DNA from: Candidatus Zixiibacteriota bacterium
GTDB taxonomy: Bacteria; RBG-13-66-14; B26-G2; WVWN01
DNA: 64,000 nucleotides
Reading direction: 5' to 3'
Assembly (NCBI GenBank): GCA_050117845.1
Contig: JASFLY010000010.1
Span: 1-64,000, forward strand
Position numbers and translations under genes: made by a program
In this document: piece after piece, positions 36,928 to 47,074 of the stretch
Position numbering within the stretch: position 1 is the stretch's first letter
Layout of the letters: the number at the start of each line of letters is the position of its first letter
Notes under the pieces: generated by a model
What the model was told of the DNA's origin: nothing
The model's database searches: none
The model's input: the letters and a program-made list of their open reading frames with translations, nothing else

Positions 36928-37587
36928 TTAAACTTCGTCGTCGGCCGTATCGGCCTCCAGTAATTTTCGGTAATAAGACTCGCTGGTGTACAGCGCCGCC
37001 GCCGGGTTGTGGCCGGTGACTCTGTCCTTCGCGATGAGGACCGTGACCGGGGCCGCCGAGTGCCGGAAGAAGAGGCTGTCGTGCCCCACGCACAGGCCCA
37101 CGGCGACGTTGAGTTCCGTGCCCGCCGCGGCGAGCAGGGCCGCCTGGGCGACGGGGTTGCACAGCGCCTCGTACTCGCCGGGGCGTATCTTCTCGTCGTC
37201 GCGCAGGCCGATGTCCTCCTTGGGGACCGAGCCGACCTTGCAGCATATGCTGCTGACGCGGAAACCGCCGGCCTCGAATATCCGTGTCGCCAGCGCGGCC
37301 TCCCGCCGCAGGCCCACGCAGAACGCGAGGCCCAGGTGCCGGACGCCCAGCCGGCGGGCGAAGCTCATAACTTCCTCGACCCGCGTCTCGCGGCAATACC
37401 CCGCCGCCTCGGTGCGCGCGGCCGCCGCGGCCAGCTCCCGCGTCGCCGCGTCGTCGTACGCCGCCCGTGCCCGGGCCAGCGTTTCCCCGGCCCCGGGGAT
37501 GGGGCAGAAGGCCGGGTATTCCACGGTCCCCGGTTCCGCCCGACACGCCTGCACGGCGCAGGCGGCGCATTTGAGTTCGAGGTCCAC
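36928..37587 (-). CDS. DUF1847 Cys-rich metal-binding protein
   Basis: CAAC, TRVEE, GLAFCVGL, CCKVGS, CNPVAQA, GLCVGHDSLF, KDRVTGHNP. Confidence 0.88.
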   Translation of the reverse strand: MDLELKCAACAVQACRAEPGTVEYPAFCPIPGAGETLARARAAYDDAATRELAAAAARTEAAGYCRETRVEEVMSFARRLGVRHLGLAFCVGLRREAALATRIFEAGGFRVSSICCKVGSVPKEDIGLRDDEKIRPGEYEALCNPVAQAALLAAAGTELNVAVGLCVGHDSLFFRHSAAPVTVLIAKDRVTGHNPAAALYTSESYYRKLLEADTADDEV

Positions 37588-37602
37588 GTTACCGGGTACG
37601 GC

Positions 37603-38013
37603 CTAGTCCGGCTTATCGCCCCGCTGGAACTTCTCCATGCGGGCCTTGCGCTCGGCGCGTTTCCGGGCCTTCTCTTCCTCCGGCGTTTCGGCCGGGGCCT
37701 GGCTTCCTTCGGGCGCGTAATGGTACGAGAGGGCTTTAACGTACGTGTCGATAAAACCCTTGAGTTCCTCTCGCATCTTCTGGAGGGTGGGGACGAAGTC
37801 GGCCGAGGCCGGCGACATCTCCGCGGCGAAGATGCGGTTGTCCAGCTCCTTGAGCTCTTCGGTCCACTTGCGCTCGAATATCTTGACGACCTCCGGCGTG
37901 AGTACGGTCTCGCCGGCGTCGAGGCGCTTGAACTCGCCCATCATCTCCCCGCGGATGTACTCGGCTTTGTCCCGGGCGGTGGAGACGACTTCGGGCTCAG
38001 TCGAATCGGACAT
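37603..38013 (-). CDS. Hypothetical helical protein
   Basis: ORF with host-like codon bias, overlapping the upstream gene stop. Confidence 0.65.
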   Translation of the reverse strand: MSDSTEPEVVSTARDKAEYIRGEMMGEFKRLDAGETVLTPEVVKIFERKWTEELKELDNRIFAAEMSPASADFVPTLQKMREELKGFIDTYVKALSYHYAPEGSQAPAETPEEEKARKRAERKARMEKFQRGDKPD

Positions 38014-38893
38014 CGAGTTCCCCTTCGATCCACTCGTCCTTATCCTCGTCCTCGCCCACCAGCGGATAGCGAATCTCGCACAGGGCCTTGACGGCGTCGC
38101 GGTTGCCGGCCTCGCCCAAGAGGTCGCACGCCTGGTCGAGGTACCAGTCGATGGCGTCGTTGTCGTCGGCGTCGTCGGGGAAGGTCGTTTTGAGGTAGGC
38201 CACGATGCCGGAGGTGTCGCCGGCGGCGGCCTTTTTCATGACTTCCTTGATGGCGTCCTGCTGCAGTTTCTCGCGGTCCTCGTGGTCCTCGATCATCTCC
38301 TCGACGGCGTCGACGGTGAACTGGTGCGAGGCCGCCATGTGGTCGGTGCCGTACTTCGCGAAGAGCTGGCCGAAATGGGTCGTCGTCTTGAGCGACGTAT
38401 CCTCTTCCATCATCTTGTTGAAGGCGTCGCGGACGCGGTCGTAGTGGTCCATGTCGGAATAGTAGCCGAGGCCCATGACGATGCCCGGCGCTTCGGCCTC
38501 GCTAGCGTGCTGGACCTTGGCGCAGGTCTCGGCGTACTGCTCCAGCGTTACGCCCTCCACCGCCGCGATGTCCGTGCTTTCGGCGGAACCGAACATTTGC
38601 TTCGCCGTGTAGTCGCCGGAAATCTGGCTGTACTTGACCATCATTTCCGCGTCTTTATTGATGACATCGTGCCATTCGGCGATGAGGCCGCAGGCGTGGT
38701 AGTTCAGTTCGCCGTCCTCGTCCATGCACGTGCGGGGGTCCTGGCTGTACTTCTTGAGTATAGCGAGCATTTCGTCCTTGATGTCGAGCGTACCCTCGCT
38801 CTCCTCCCATTTCCGGCGGACGATACCCGCTTCCGCGCTGAAGAGAGCGTATTGTTCCAACGTCAGGCCACTGATGATGAGTTCTTCGCCCAT
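37997..38893 (-). CDS. Acidic hypothetical protein with internal duplicated motif
   Basis: AAAGGAG RBS; ISGLTLEQYA / VEGVTLEQYA internal repeat. Confidence 0.75.
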   Translation of the reverse strand: MGEELIISGLTLEQYALFSAEAGIVRRKWEESEGTLDIKDEMLAILKKYSQDPRTCMDEDGELNYHACGLIAEWHDVINKDAEMMVKYSQISGDYTAKQMFGSAESTDIAAVEGVTLEQYAETCAKVQHASEAEAPGIVMGLGYYSDMDHYDRVRDAFNKMMEEDTSLKTTTHFGQLFAKYGTDHMAASHQFTVDAVEEMIEDHEDREKLQQDAIKEVMKKAAAGDTSGIVAYLKTTFPDDADDNDAIDWYLDQACDLLGEAGNRDAVKALCEIRYPLVGEDEDKDEWIEGELDVRFD

Positions 38894-39010
38894 GGCGTCT
38901 CCTTTGGAATTAAGGGGAAATGACGTCAGGTTACGTTAGCGTTTGCTAAGGTAATAAAAAAGGCGGGGCAAATCAATAGAAAAGCCGACCGCGTATCAAT
39001 TTAAACGTAT

Positions 39011-39565
39011 TTACGGTCGGCCGGAGTCCCCGATAATCCACTTGCCTATCAAATCGGGCCCTCGGCCGTAGCGCCGGACGTACTCCCCGGCGACGCGGCT
39101 CTTCGGCCTCGCGGCCGAGGCCGCATCCCCCAGCGTCGCGAAGCCGCCGCGCAACAGGCCCTGGTCCAGCAGGCCGTACCCGCTCCCGTCCCGGTACAGG
39201 CACACGACGTGCGAATCCTTAACGTTCCAGCAGACGTAACTCACGACCCAACTCTCGAGGCCGGCCCGCCGGCAGAGTTCCGCCGAGAGGTAGGCGAAGT
39301 CGTCGCAGTCGCCGTACCGCCGGCCCCAGGTGACCGCCGGCGCCGTAACGAAGTCGACGATGCCCCGCACGGGATCGAGGACGTATTCCACCCGCTCGGC
39401 CACGGCCCGGGCTATCGCTTCCGGGCCGGCCGCGGCGGCGGCCCTCGCCCAGGCGTCGAAACCGGGGCCGGCCTGCCGCCGTACCTTGCGCAGGAACAGC
39501 GCGTCGATAAAAAAAGTAAGCGGCCATTTGAAGGCCGCCGTCCATATCCCGATTAAAAAGCGCAT
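39011..39565 (-). CDS. Transglutaminase-like cysteine protease domain protein
   Basis: GDCDDFA nucleophile motif followed by H (SHVVC) and D (LLD). Confidence 0.75.
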   Translation of the reverse strand: MRFLIGIWTAAFKWPLTFFIDALFLRKVRRQAGPGFDAWARAAAAAGPEAIARAVAERVEYVLDPVRGIVDFVTAPAVTWGRRYGDCDDFAYLSAELCRRAGLESWVVSYVCWNVKDSHVVCLYRDGSGYGLLDQGLLRGGFATLGDAASAARPKSRVAGEYVRRYGRGPDLIGKWIIGDSGRP

Positions 39566-39569
39566 CGCT

Positions 39570-40253
39570 TTAATTCGTGAATCTGTATTTAATCAGCGCG
39601 ATGAGCGCCGGAACGCCGTCGAACCAGGTTATCTTCTTCCCCTCGTCGAAGTCGCGGCCGTGGTAGGAGATAGGCATCTCGTAGACGCGGAGTTTCTTCT
39701 GTTTGAAAACCTTGGCGGTTATCTCCGGCTCGAAGTTGAAGCGGTCGGACTTGATTTCGACGCTTTTGATTATCTCGGCGCGGAAGGCCTTGTAGCAGGT
39801 CTCCATGTCGGTGAGCATGGTATCGTACAACAGGTTGGTGACGAAGGTCAGGAACTTGTTGCCGAAGTAGTGGACGACGTTGAAGACGCGGTGGGTTCCC
39901 ATGAAACGGGAGCCGTATACGACGTCGGCGAAACCGTCGACTATCGGCTTGATGAGGGTGGGGAATTCCTCGGGGACGTACTCGAGGTCGGCGTCCTGGA
40001 TGACGATGATGTCGCCGGTGCACTCCCGGACGCCGGTGCGGATGGCCGCGCCCTTGCCCTGGTTCTTTTCGTGATAATAGGCTTTGACGCCGTCTACGCC
40101 GTCCTCGCGCTTGAGGATGTCCACCGTACCGTCGCTCGAGCCGTCGTCGACGACGACGATTTCGTAGTCGAGCGGTAAAGCGCGACAACGGTCGATTATT
40201 TCCTTGACCGTTTTTTCTTCGTCGTATACCGGGATTATTATCGAAAGCTTCAA
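39570..40253 (-). CDS. Glycosyltransferase family 2 (DPM1-like, polyprenol-phosphate)
   Basis: LSIIIPVYDE, VDDGSSDGT, NQGKGAA, QDADLEY, YGSRF, DMETCYK, EGKKI. Confidence 0.93.
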   Translation of the reverse strand: MKLSIIIPVYDEEKTVKEIIDRCRALPLDYEIVVVDDGSSDGTVDILKREDGVDGVKAYYHEKNQGKGAAIRTGVRECTGDIIVIQDADLEYVPEEFPTLIKPIVDGFADVVYGSRFMGTHRVFNVVHYFGNKFLTFVTNLLYDTMLTDMETCYKAFRAEIIKSVEIKSDRFNFEPEITAKVFKQKKLRVYEMPISYHGRDFDEGKKITWFDGVPALIALIKYRFTN

Positions 40254-40333
40254 AACGTGCTCCCTGGCGCCGCGGGGCGCCGTTTGGAATTTAGTGCTAA
40301 ATATAAATTATCCGGCGGCCGCGGTCAACGCTT

Positions 40334-40534
40334 TTATTTCCCGCGCTGGCAGCGTATAAAATGCGCTATGGAGCGGTCGTAAGTCCGTTCGGCGGCGTCG
40401 TCGAAGTAGCAGGCGGGGAGTTCGCCCAGCCGCCGGTGGTAGGCGATGCACTCGCAGCACAGGCCTTTGCGGGAACACGGCTCGTAGGTACAGTTGCAAA
40501 TCTTTAAATTGTCGTCGAGTCGGCACTCCGCCAT
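40334..40534 (-). CDS. Small Cys-rich protein (DUF6485-like)
   Basis: [21 protein letters not shown]...LPACYF..ERTYDRS. Confidence 0.75.
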   Translation of the reverse strand: MAECRLDDNLKICNCTYEPCSRKGLCCECIAYHRRLGELPACYFDDAAERTYDRSIAHFIRCQRGK

Positions 40535-40591
40535 GGCGGGCCTCCGTTCTTTCGGGTTGTCCGGCGGGTTTTTTTAGCTTATAATGCCGGC

Positions 40592-41352
40592 GTGTCGTTC
40601 CTGGGGTTGCAGAAAGGTATAATTTACGGGCCGGTCGCGTCGCGGCGGCTCGGGACGTCGCTGGGCCTCAATATCTCGCCGACGACGGCCCACGTCTGCT
40701 CTTTCGACTGCGTATATTGCCAGTACGGCCCGACGGCCCGACTGGTGACCCCCGGCGAGGGCGGCGTGGACGGCCTGCCTTCGCCCGAGGAGGTGGCCGG
40801 TGCCCTCGCGGCCGCGCTGGAGGGCGGCCCCGCGCCCGATTATATCACCTTTTCGGGAAACGGCGAACCCACCCTGCATCCCGCATTCGCGGAGATAGTC
40901 GAGGCCGTGCGGCCCGTCCGCGGTCGCCTGACCCCGGCCGCCAAAATCGCCGTCCTGTCCAACTCCAGCGCCGTCGGCGACCCGGCCGTCCGGCGGGCCC
41001 TGGGCCGCGTGGATGTTCCCATAATGAAGCTGGACGCGGGTTCCGCCGGCGTCTTCGACGCGGTCAACGTACCGGCGCCGGGAGTTGCCTTCGAGGACGT
41101 CGTGGCCGGCCTCCGGGAGATGGAGGACTTCGTGGTGCAGACCTGCCTCGTGGCGGACGCTCCGGGGAACGCGGACGACGAGGCCGTGGCCGATTACGTC
41201 CGGACGATAGGGGACGTCGGGCCGAGTAGCGTCCAGGTTTATACGACCGACCGGCCCGTGGCCCGGACCGGCGTCGGCATGGTCCCGCGGGAGCGGTTGG
41301 CGGCGGTGGCTCGGAAGGTTTGCGAGGAGGCGGGCGTCCCGGCCGATATATT

Positions 41353-41356
<4 letters not shown>
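40592..41356 (+). CDS. Radical SAM protein
   Basis: [39 protein letters not shown]. Confidence 0.9.
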
Positions 41357-42092
<736 letters not shown>

Positions 42093-42093
<1 letters not shown>

Positions 42094-43430
42094 TACGACT
42101 CTTCTTCCGTGGCCGCGCTCGGGTCGAGTCGGACGATGTCGCCGTCGTCGAGCTGGCGCAGCGTTTTATACGGCCCCACTATAATGTTCTCGTCGCCTTT
42201 CAGGCCCTTCGTTATTTCGACGAAGCGGTCTCCCATGATGCCGGTCTCCACCTCGACGAAGCGGGCGCGTTTCACGAACGGCTTCTCGTCCACCAGGACG
42301 AAGACGCCCTTAACGTAATCGGTGCGGAACAACGCCGGTTCGCCGGCGGTTTTTTTCTTCGCGGGTTTCTTCGGCGCCGATTTCGTCTTGTCGCCGGATT
42401 TGCGCAACTTCTCCCATTCCTGCACCGTCTCCCGGGTACGCGTCACGAGGGACTGAATGGGGATCGCGGTTACGTCCTCGGTCTCGGCCGTAATAACGTC
42501 GGCCGTCGCCGTCATCCCCGGCCGGAGCGCCGACGTGTCGCCCCCCAGCAGTACCGTTACCTCGAAGTCGGAGGACGTCTTCTCGTCGGTCGTGAGCGAC
42601 AGCGTCTCCTTGGCGCTCGAGGCCACTTCGATGACCTCGCCGCGGAAGACGGTGTCGGGGAAGGCGTCGACGGTCACCGAGGCCGGCTGGCCCAGCCGCA
42701 CGTCGACGACGTCCGTCTCGTCGATGTCGCTGACCACCTGCATCGCCGCGAGGTCGGCCACCGTGAGCATTACGGTCCCGGCGGTGTTCAGCGTGCCGAC
42801 CACCGTGAACTCGCCCTCCTCGACGTTGAGCGCGGTAACGATGCCGTCCAGCGGGGCGGTGTATACCGTTTTATCGAGGGCGTCCCTGGCCTGGACCAGC
42901 GCGGCCCGGGCCCGGGTCACGTTGTTCATGGCCAGGTCGTATTCGGTGCGGGCGGCCTCGTACTGCGTCCGGGCCAGGTCGTACTGCTCCTTCGATATAA
43001 GGTTCTTCTCGTAGAGGCCCTTCTGCCGGTCGAAGACGTCCTGGGCCGTCTCCCAGCGGGAGTTCGCGAGGTCGAGGCTCTGGATGGCGCTGCGGTAGGC
43101 GGCGCCGGCCTCGTCGCGGCTGGCCCGGTACTGCGTCTGCTCGAGCTGGAGGAGGACGTCGCCCTTGGAGACCGGTTGGCCCTCCTTGATGTAAATATGC
43201 GTGACTTCCCCCATGATATTGGCGGAGACGTCGACGCTCACCCGCGGTTCGACCTCCGCCGGCCCCGAGACGTACGCCGTGATGTCGGTCTTGGTGGGCG
43301 TATCCACGCGAACCGCCGGGACCTGCTGGCGCTTGGAGTTGATGAGGAGGAAGGGACAGGATACCAACAGAACCCATATTATAATAACTATGGCCCAGCG
43401 GATTTTGGTCATGCGGAATTTAATCTTCAT
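42093..43430 (-). CDS. Efflux membrane fusion protein (MacA/HlyD-like)
   Basis: N-terminal TM; lipoyl-like halves ([20 protein letters not shown]) around an alpha-hairpin; DIDETD, LRPGMTA. Confidence 0.92.
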
Positions 43431-44353
43431 GCCTGGCTCCCTTCGGCCGGGACGGCCTCGGGCGCGCCCGGACGCGGAATCTTACCGGCCACAAGCAGTA
43501 GTATTAGTATCGTACCTGTTACGGTTAACGCCACCGACCCTTCGGGTCCGAAGGCTCCGCCGGATAACCAGGCGGCCCCTTTCGGCGCGGCCTCGAATAG
43601 CGTCGCGTCGGTCGCCATGCCGCTGACGCTGAAACCGAGGAGCGGCCCCTCGCCGAAGTTCCAGCCCCAGTGAAATCCGATTGCGAGCCAAAGCGACCCG
43701 CTCCGCAAGTAAATGAGGGCCAGTATAACGCCCGCGAGGGCGACGTTCACGAACGGCAAAACGCCCGCGCCCGGGTTCATCAGGTGCAGGACCGAGAATA
43801 CGACGGACGTCAACAGCACGGCGGCGACGCGGCCCCAGGATTCGTCGAGCACCATGACCGGGTAACCGCGAAGGTAAAACTCCTCGGCCGCCGCGAATAA
43901 GGCGAATAAGGCGAGCGGCCCTAAAAGCCGGAGGGCGTCCCCGGCCGCCGGCGGGGCGTAGTGGAACTCGGCGCCTCCCGCCAGAAAGATAGCCGCGCAC
44001 GTTACGCCGATGAACGCGACGCCCCCGGCGAACCCTACGGCCAGGTTCCGCGGCGCGTCCCGGCCCCGCAGGCCGAGCGAACTCAGGGGCCGCCGCCGGT
44101 CGAGCCAGCGGCGGGCGGCCAAAGCGACCCCGACCACCGGAACGAGGACGACGAGGCCCAAGACCGCCAGAAGCCACGGGTTTAACACCAGCGTGACGGG
44201 TCCCGGATGAACGACTTCCACGCCCAGCACGCGGAAGAGCGCGGCCGTCGCGACCATTAGCAGCAGCGGCACGCCCAGGCCGGCAACGTAGAATAATAGC
44301 AGCCGCAACCAGGCCCGGGGAATCCCGTCTTTATTGATAAAACAGGACTTCAC
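43427..44353 (-). CDS. CPBP family (CAAX/Abi) intramembrane glutamic endopeptidase
   Basis: EEFYLRG, FSVLH, H..WN motifs; several TM helices. Confidence 0.92.
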   Translation of the reverse strand: MKSCFINKDGIPRAWLRLLLFYVAGLGVPLLLMVATAALFRVLGVEVVHPGPVTLVLNPWLLAVLGLVVLVPVVGVALAARRWLDRRRPLSSLGLRGRDAPRNLAVGFAGGVAFIGVTCAAIFLAGGAEFHYAPPAAGDALRLLGPLALFALFAAAEEFYLRGYPVMVLDESWGRVAAVLLTSVVFSVLHLMNPGAGVLPFVNVALAGVILALIYLRSGSLWLAIGFHWGWNFGEGPLLGFSVSGMATDATLFEAAPKGAAWLSGGAFGPEGSVALTVTGTILILLLVAGKIPRPGAPEAVPAEGSQA

Positions 44354-44354
44354 G

Positions 44355-45656
44355 CTAATGCTCGATTTCGCCCAGGGCCCTCTTCAGGTCGTACTCGGCG
44401 ACGCGGAAGTCATACTCGGCGTCGACGAGCGAGTTGAGCGCTCCCACGCCGAGCGCCTGCGCGTCGGTCAATTCGAGGGTGGAGGCCCCGCCCAACGCGA
44501 ACAGCTCCTGCACCAGGAGGAGTTCCTCCCGGGCGGCGTCGGCCGTCTCTTTTGCGACGACCACGGTCTCGGCCTGCTTTTTATACTCGTAATAGGCCTG
44601 CGTTACGTCGAGGGCCACGGTGTCGTCCAGCCGGTCGTAGGCGGTGCGCGCTACGATGGCGGCGGCCCGGGCCCGGTCGACGTTGGCCTTCGTCTGGAAA
44701 CCGTCGAACAACGACCACGACGCCGCGATGCCGACGATCCATTCGTCGTTGGCGTCCCAGGTGTCGGCGGAGGGGGAGTCGTAGTCGCTCCAGTCGTAGG
44801 CCGCGCTCGCGGCCAGCGTCGGCAGCCACCCGCCGGAAGCGCTACGGACGCCGAGTTCGGCGATGCGTTTCTCCTCGCGGATACGCACGGCGTCGGGCCG
44901 CTGCCTCGACGCGCGGGCGATGAGTTCGTCCAGCGACGGAAGGTCGCCCGGCGGGGCGGGGGCGTCGCCCGGCACGAAGGTCAGGTCCGGGTCGGGCTCC
45001 ATGCCCACGGTATTGAAGAAGGCCAGGCGGGCGGTCTCGACCGCGGCCTCCGCGGAGATGGCGTTTATCTCGTCCGACCCGCGCTGGACCACGGCCCGGA
45101 GGTATTCGGCGCGGGAAATGGCGTCGGCCTCGTACTGGGCCAGCGCGAGTTCCTCGTTCTTGCGGCTGGCCTCCAGCGAGAGGTCGGCGACCTCTTTCAA
45201 GCCGGTGGCTTTCAAGGCCCCGAAGTAAGCCCGGGCCACGTCGACGACGAGGCGTTGCCGCTGCTCGTCGCGGCCCGCGTTGCCCGCCCGGCCGGACGCC
45301 CGGCCCGACAAAACGCCCCATATAAGGCGGCCGCCCGCGAAAATAGGCTGGTCGACGCGGGCCTCCGCGTAGTAATAATGATCCGGAGGGACGTAACCCG
45401 GGATCTCGAAGCCGCCGAATTGCAGCGTTTCTCGGTCGTAATAGCGCGACGCCGAATAGGTCACGCTGGCGTTCGGCATGATGCCGCCCCAGCCCTGGTA
45501 GAGGTCGGCCCGGGCGGAGAGGTACGTGGCCTCCGCGGCGACGGCGGCGGGGCTGCGGTTCAGCGCGAAATCGAGCGCCTCGTCGAGCGTGAGCTCCTCG
45601 GCGTAGGCGACGGCGGCGAACGCCGTAAGGGCGAACGTAAGTATCGTTTTTTTCAT
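44355..45656 (-). CDS. TolC family outer-membrane efflux protein
   Basis: Signal peptide from ATG 45656; LTLDEAL..AL..SP, QPIFAGG, VARAYF, WSLFDGF, two-repeat OEP structure. Confidence 0.9.
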   Translation of the reverse strand: MKKTILTFALTAFAAVAYAEELTLDEALDFALNRSPAAVAAEATYLSARADLYQGWGGIMPNASVTYSASRYYDRETLQFGGFEIPGYVPPDHYYYAEARVDQPIFAGGRLIWGVLSGRASGRAGNAGRDEQRQRLVVDVARAYFGALKATGLKEVADLSLEASRKNEELALAQYEADAISRAEYLRAVVQRGSDEINAISAEAAVETARLAFFNTVGMEPDPDLTFVPGDAPAPPGDLPSLDELIARASRQRPDAVRIREEKRIAELGVRSASGGWLPTLAASAAYDWSDYDSPSADTWDANDEWIVGIAASWSLFDGFQTKANVDRARAAAIVARTAYDRLDDTVALDVTQAYYEYKKQAETVVVAKETADAAREELLLVQELFALGGASTLELTDAQALGVGALNSLVDAEYDFRVAEYDLKRALGEIEH

Positions 45657-45879
45657 GATCGTGGGAGTGGCCCTCCTAAGTAATTTACGCCATTTTACCA
45701 AAATTGGTTGCACGGGGTCAAGGCAAACCGGAAAAGGGCCTGTTCTATAGAGGCGATCGCTTCCCATATTCTTCCCGTCCAATATAACAATCAGAAGCGG
45801 CGGCCTTTATGGCCGCCGTTCGCACGTCATGAAAGGGGCAGACATTCTTACCGGAGACGACGGGAAAAACGAATCAGAA

Positions 45880-46017
45880 GTGCCACAGACATTTTTATCT
45901 GTGAAAAAGGGAAAATAACTATAAGGGTCACCGGCAGGAATGCCAGTGCCACGGACATTCCTGTCTGCGAAAACGGAAAAAACCGAACCAGCGGTGGCGC
46001 AGACATTCTTGTCTGCG
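45880..46017. repeat. Distant cluster of the RAYT-associated REP family (45880-45903 +, 45929-45952 -, 45946-45969 +, 45994-46017 +)
   Basis: GTGCCACAGACATTTTTATCTGTG, CACCGGCAGGAATGCCAGTGCCAC, GTGCCACGGACATTCCTGTCTGCG, GTGGCGCAGACATTCTTGTCTGCG. Confidence 0.85.
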
Positions 46018-46043
46018 GAAGCGGTATGCCGGCGGCACACGGC

Positions 46044-46069
46044 AAAGCCGCCCCGAGGGGCGGCTTTTT
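46044..46069. terminator. Terminator hairpin downstream of porB
   Basis: AAAGCCGCCC-CGAG-GGGCGGCTTTTT. Confidence 0.75.
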
Positions 46070-46087
46070 ATTCCGGATTTATTTACG

Positions 46088-47044
46088 TTACTTGGCGTCG
46101 TCGCGGCATTCCCGCGGCGGGAGCTCCCCCGTGTGTATGAGGAGGTCCTCCCACGCCCGGTCCACGTCCGCCTGGATCTCGGCCACGAGTTCGGGGTGGC
46201 CGTCGCCCTTGAAGAGGTGGGAGTAGCGCCCCTGGAACTTGAGCCACTCTTCGATGGGGAGCTTGTTCTTGGGTTTGTAGTTGAGCTTCCAGACGCCGTC
46301 GATTATCTCGTAGAGGGGCCAGAAGCAGGTGTTGGTGGCGATGCGCGTCACTTTGAGCGTGTCCTCGGGCGCGTGGCGCCAGCCGCGGTGACAGGGGGCC
46401 AGGATATTGATGAACGAGGGGCCGTCGGCGGCGAGGGCCCGTTCCACCTTGCGGGTGAGGTCCATGAAGTTGTGGGGGGCGGCCTGCGCGACGTACGGTA
46501 TGTGGTGGGCCGCGACGATGGCGGTGAAGTCCTTGCGCGCCTGCACCTTGCCCGGGACGACCTTGCCCGCGGGCGCGGTAGTGGTCGAGGCGCCCTTGGG
46601 CGTGGCGCCGGAGCGCTGGATGCCGGTGTTCATGTAGGCCTGGTTGTCGTAGCAAATGTAGAGCATTTTATGGCCGCGCTCGAGCGCCCCGGAGAGCGAC
46701 TGGAGGCCTATGTCGTAGGTGCCGCCGTCGCCGCCGAAGGCGATGAAGTGGAAATCGCGGTCCATCCGGCCCTGCTTCTTGAAGGCCCGGTACGCCGTCT
46801 CCACGCCGGACACCGTGGCCGCGGCGTTCTCGAAGGCGTTGTGGATCCAGGGAACCTTCCACGAGGTGTAGGGGTAAAGGGTGGTCGCGACCTCGAGACA
46901 GCCGGTCGCGTTGCCCACGACCACCGGCCCGTCCGCGGCGAGCATGACCTGGCGGGCGACGATGCCCGCCCCGCAGCCGGCGCAGAGACGATGGCCGCCG
47001 GTGAAGCGTTCCTCGCGGTGGGAGAGTTCTTTTAGCGTAGTCAT
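46088..47044 (-). CDS. porB: Pyruvate/2-oxoacid:ferredoxin oxidoreductase beta subunit
   Basis: GHRLCAGCG, TGCLEV, GGDGGTYDIG, YDNQAYMNTGIQRS. Confidence 0.95.
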   Translation of the reverse strand: MTTLKELSHREERFTGGHRLCAGCGAGIVARQVMLAADGPVVVGNATGCLEVATTLYPYTSWKVPWIHNAFENAAATVSGVETAYRAFKKQGRMDRDFHFIAFGGDGGTYDIGLQSLSGALERGHKMLYICYDNQAYMNTGIQRSGATPKGASTTTAPAGKVVPGKVQARKDFTAIVAAHHIPYVAQAAPHNFMDLTRKVERALAADGPSFINILAPCHRGWRHAPEDTLKVTRIATNTCFWPLYEIIDGVWKLNYKPKNKLPIEEWLKFQGRYSHLFKGDGHPELVAEIQADVDRAWEDLLIHTGELPPRECRDDAK

Positions 47045-47074
47045 CTATCGCACTCCTTGCGGTGTTAACTCCGT

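Noticed and set aside
36866..37570. N-terminal extension of the ADH (552-aa ORF in track)
   Set aside because: It overlaps the DUF1847 gene in another frame; the MDR domain begins at TTG 36865 with its own RBS.
45718..45745. c-di-GMP-I riboswitch-like GGCAAACC..GAAA
   Set aside because: The second conserved GCAAAG stem is missing, and the sequence is on the opposite strand from the downstream tolC, adjoining its promoter.
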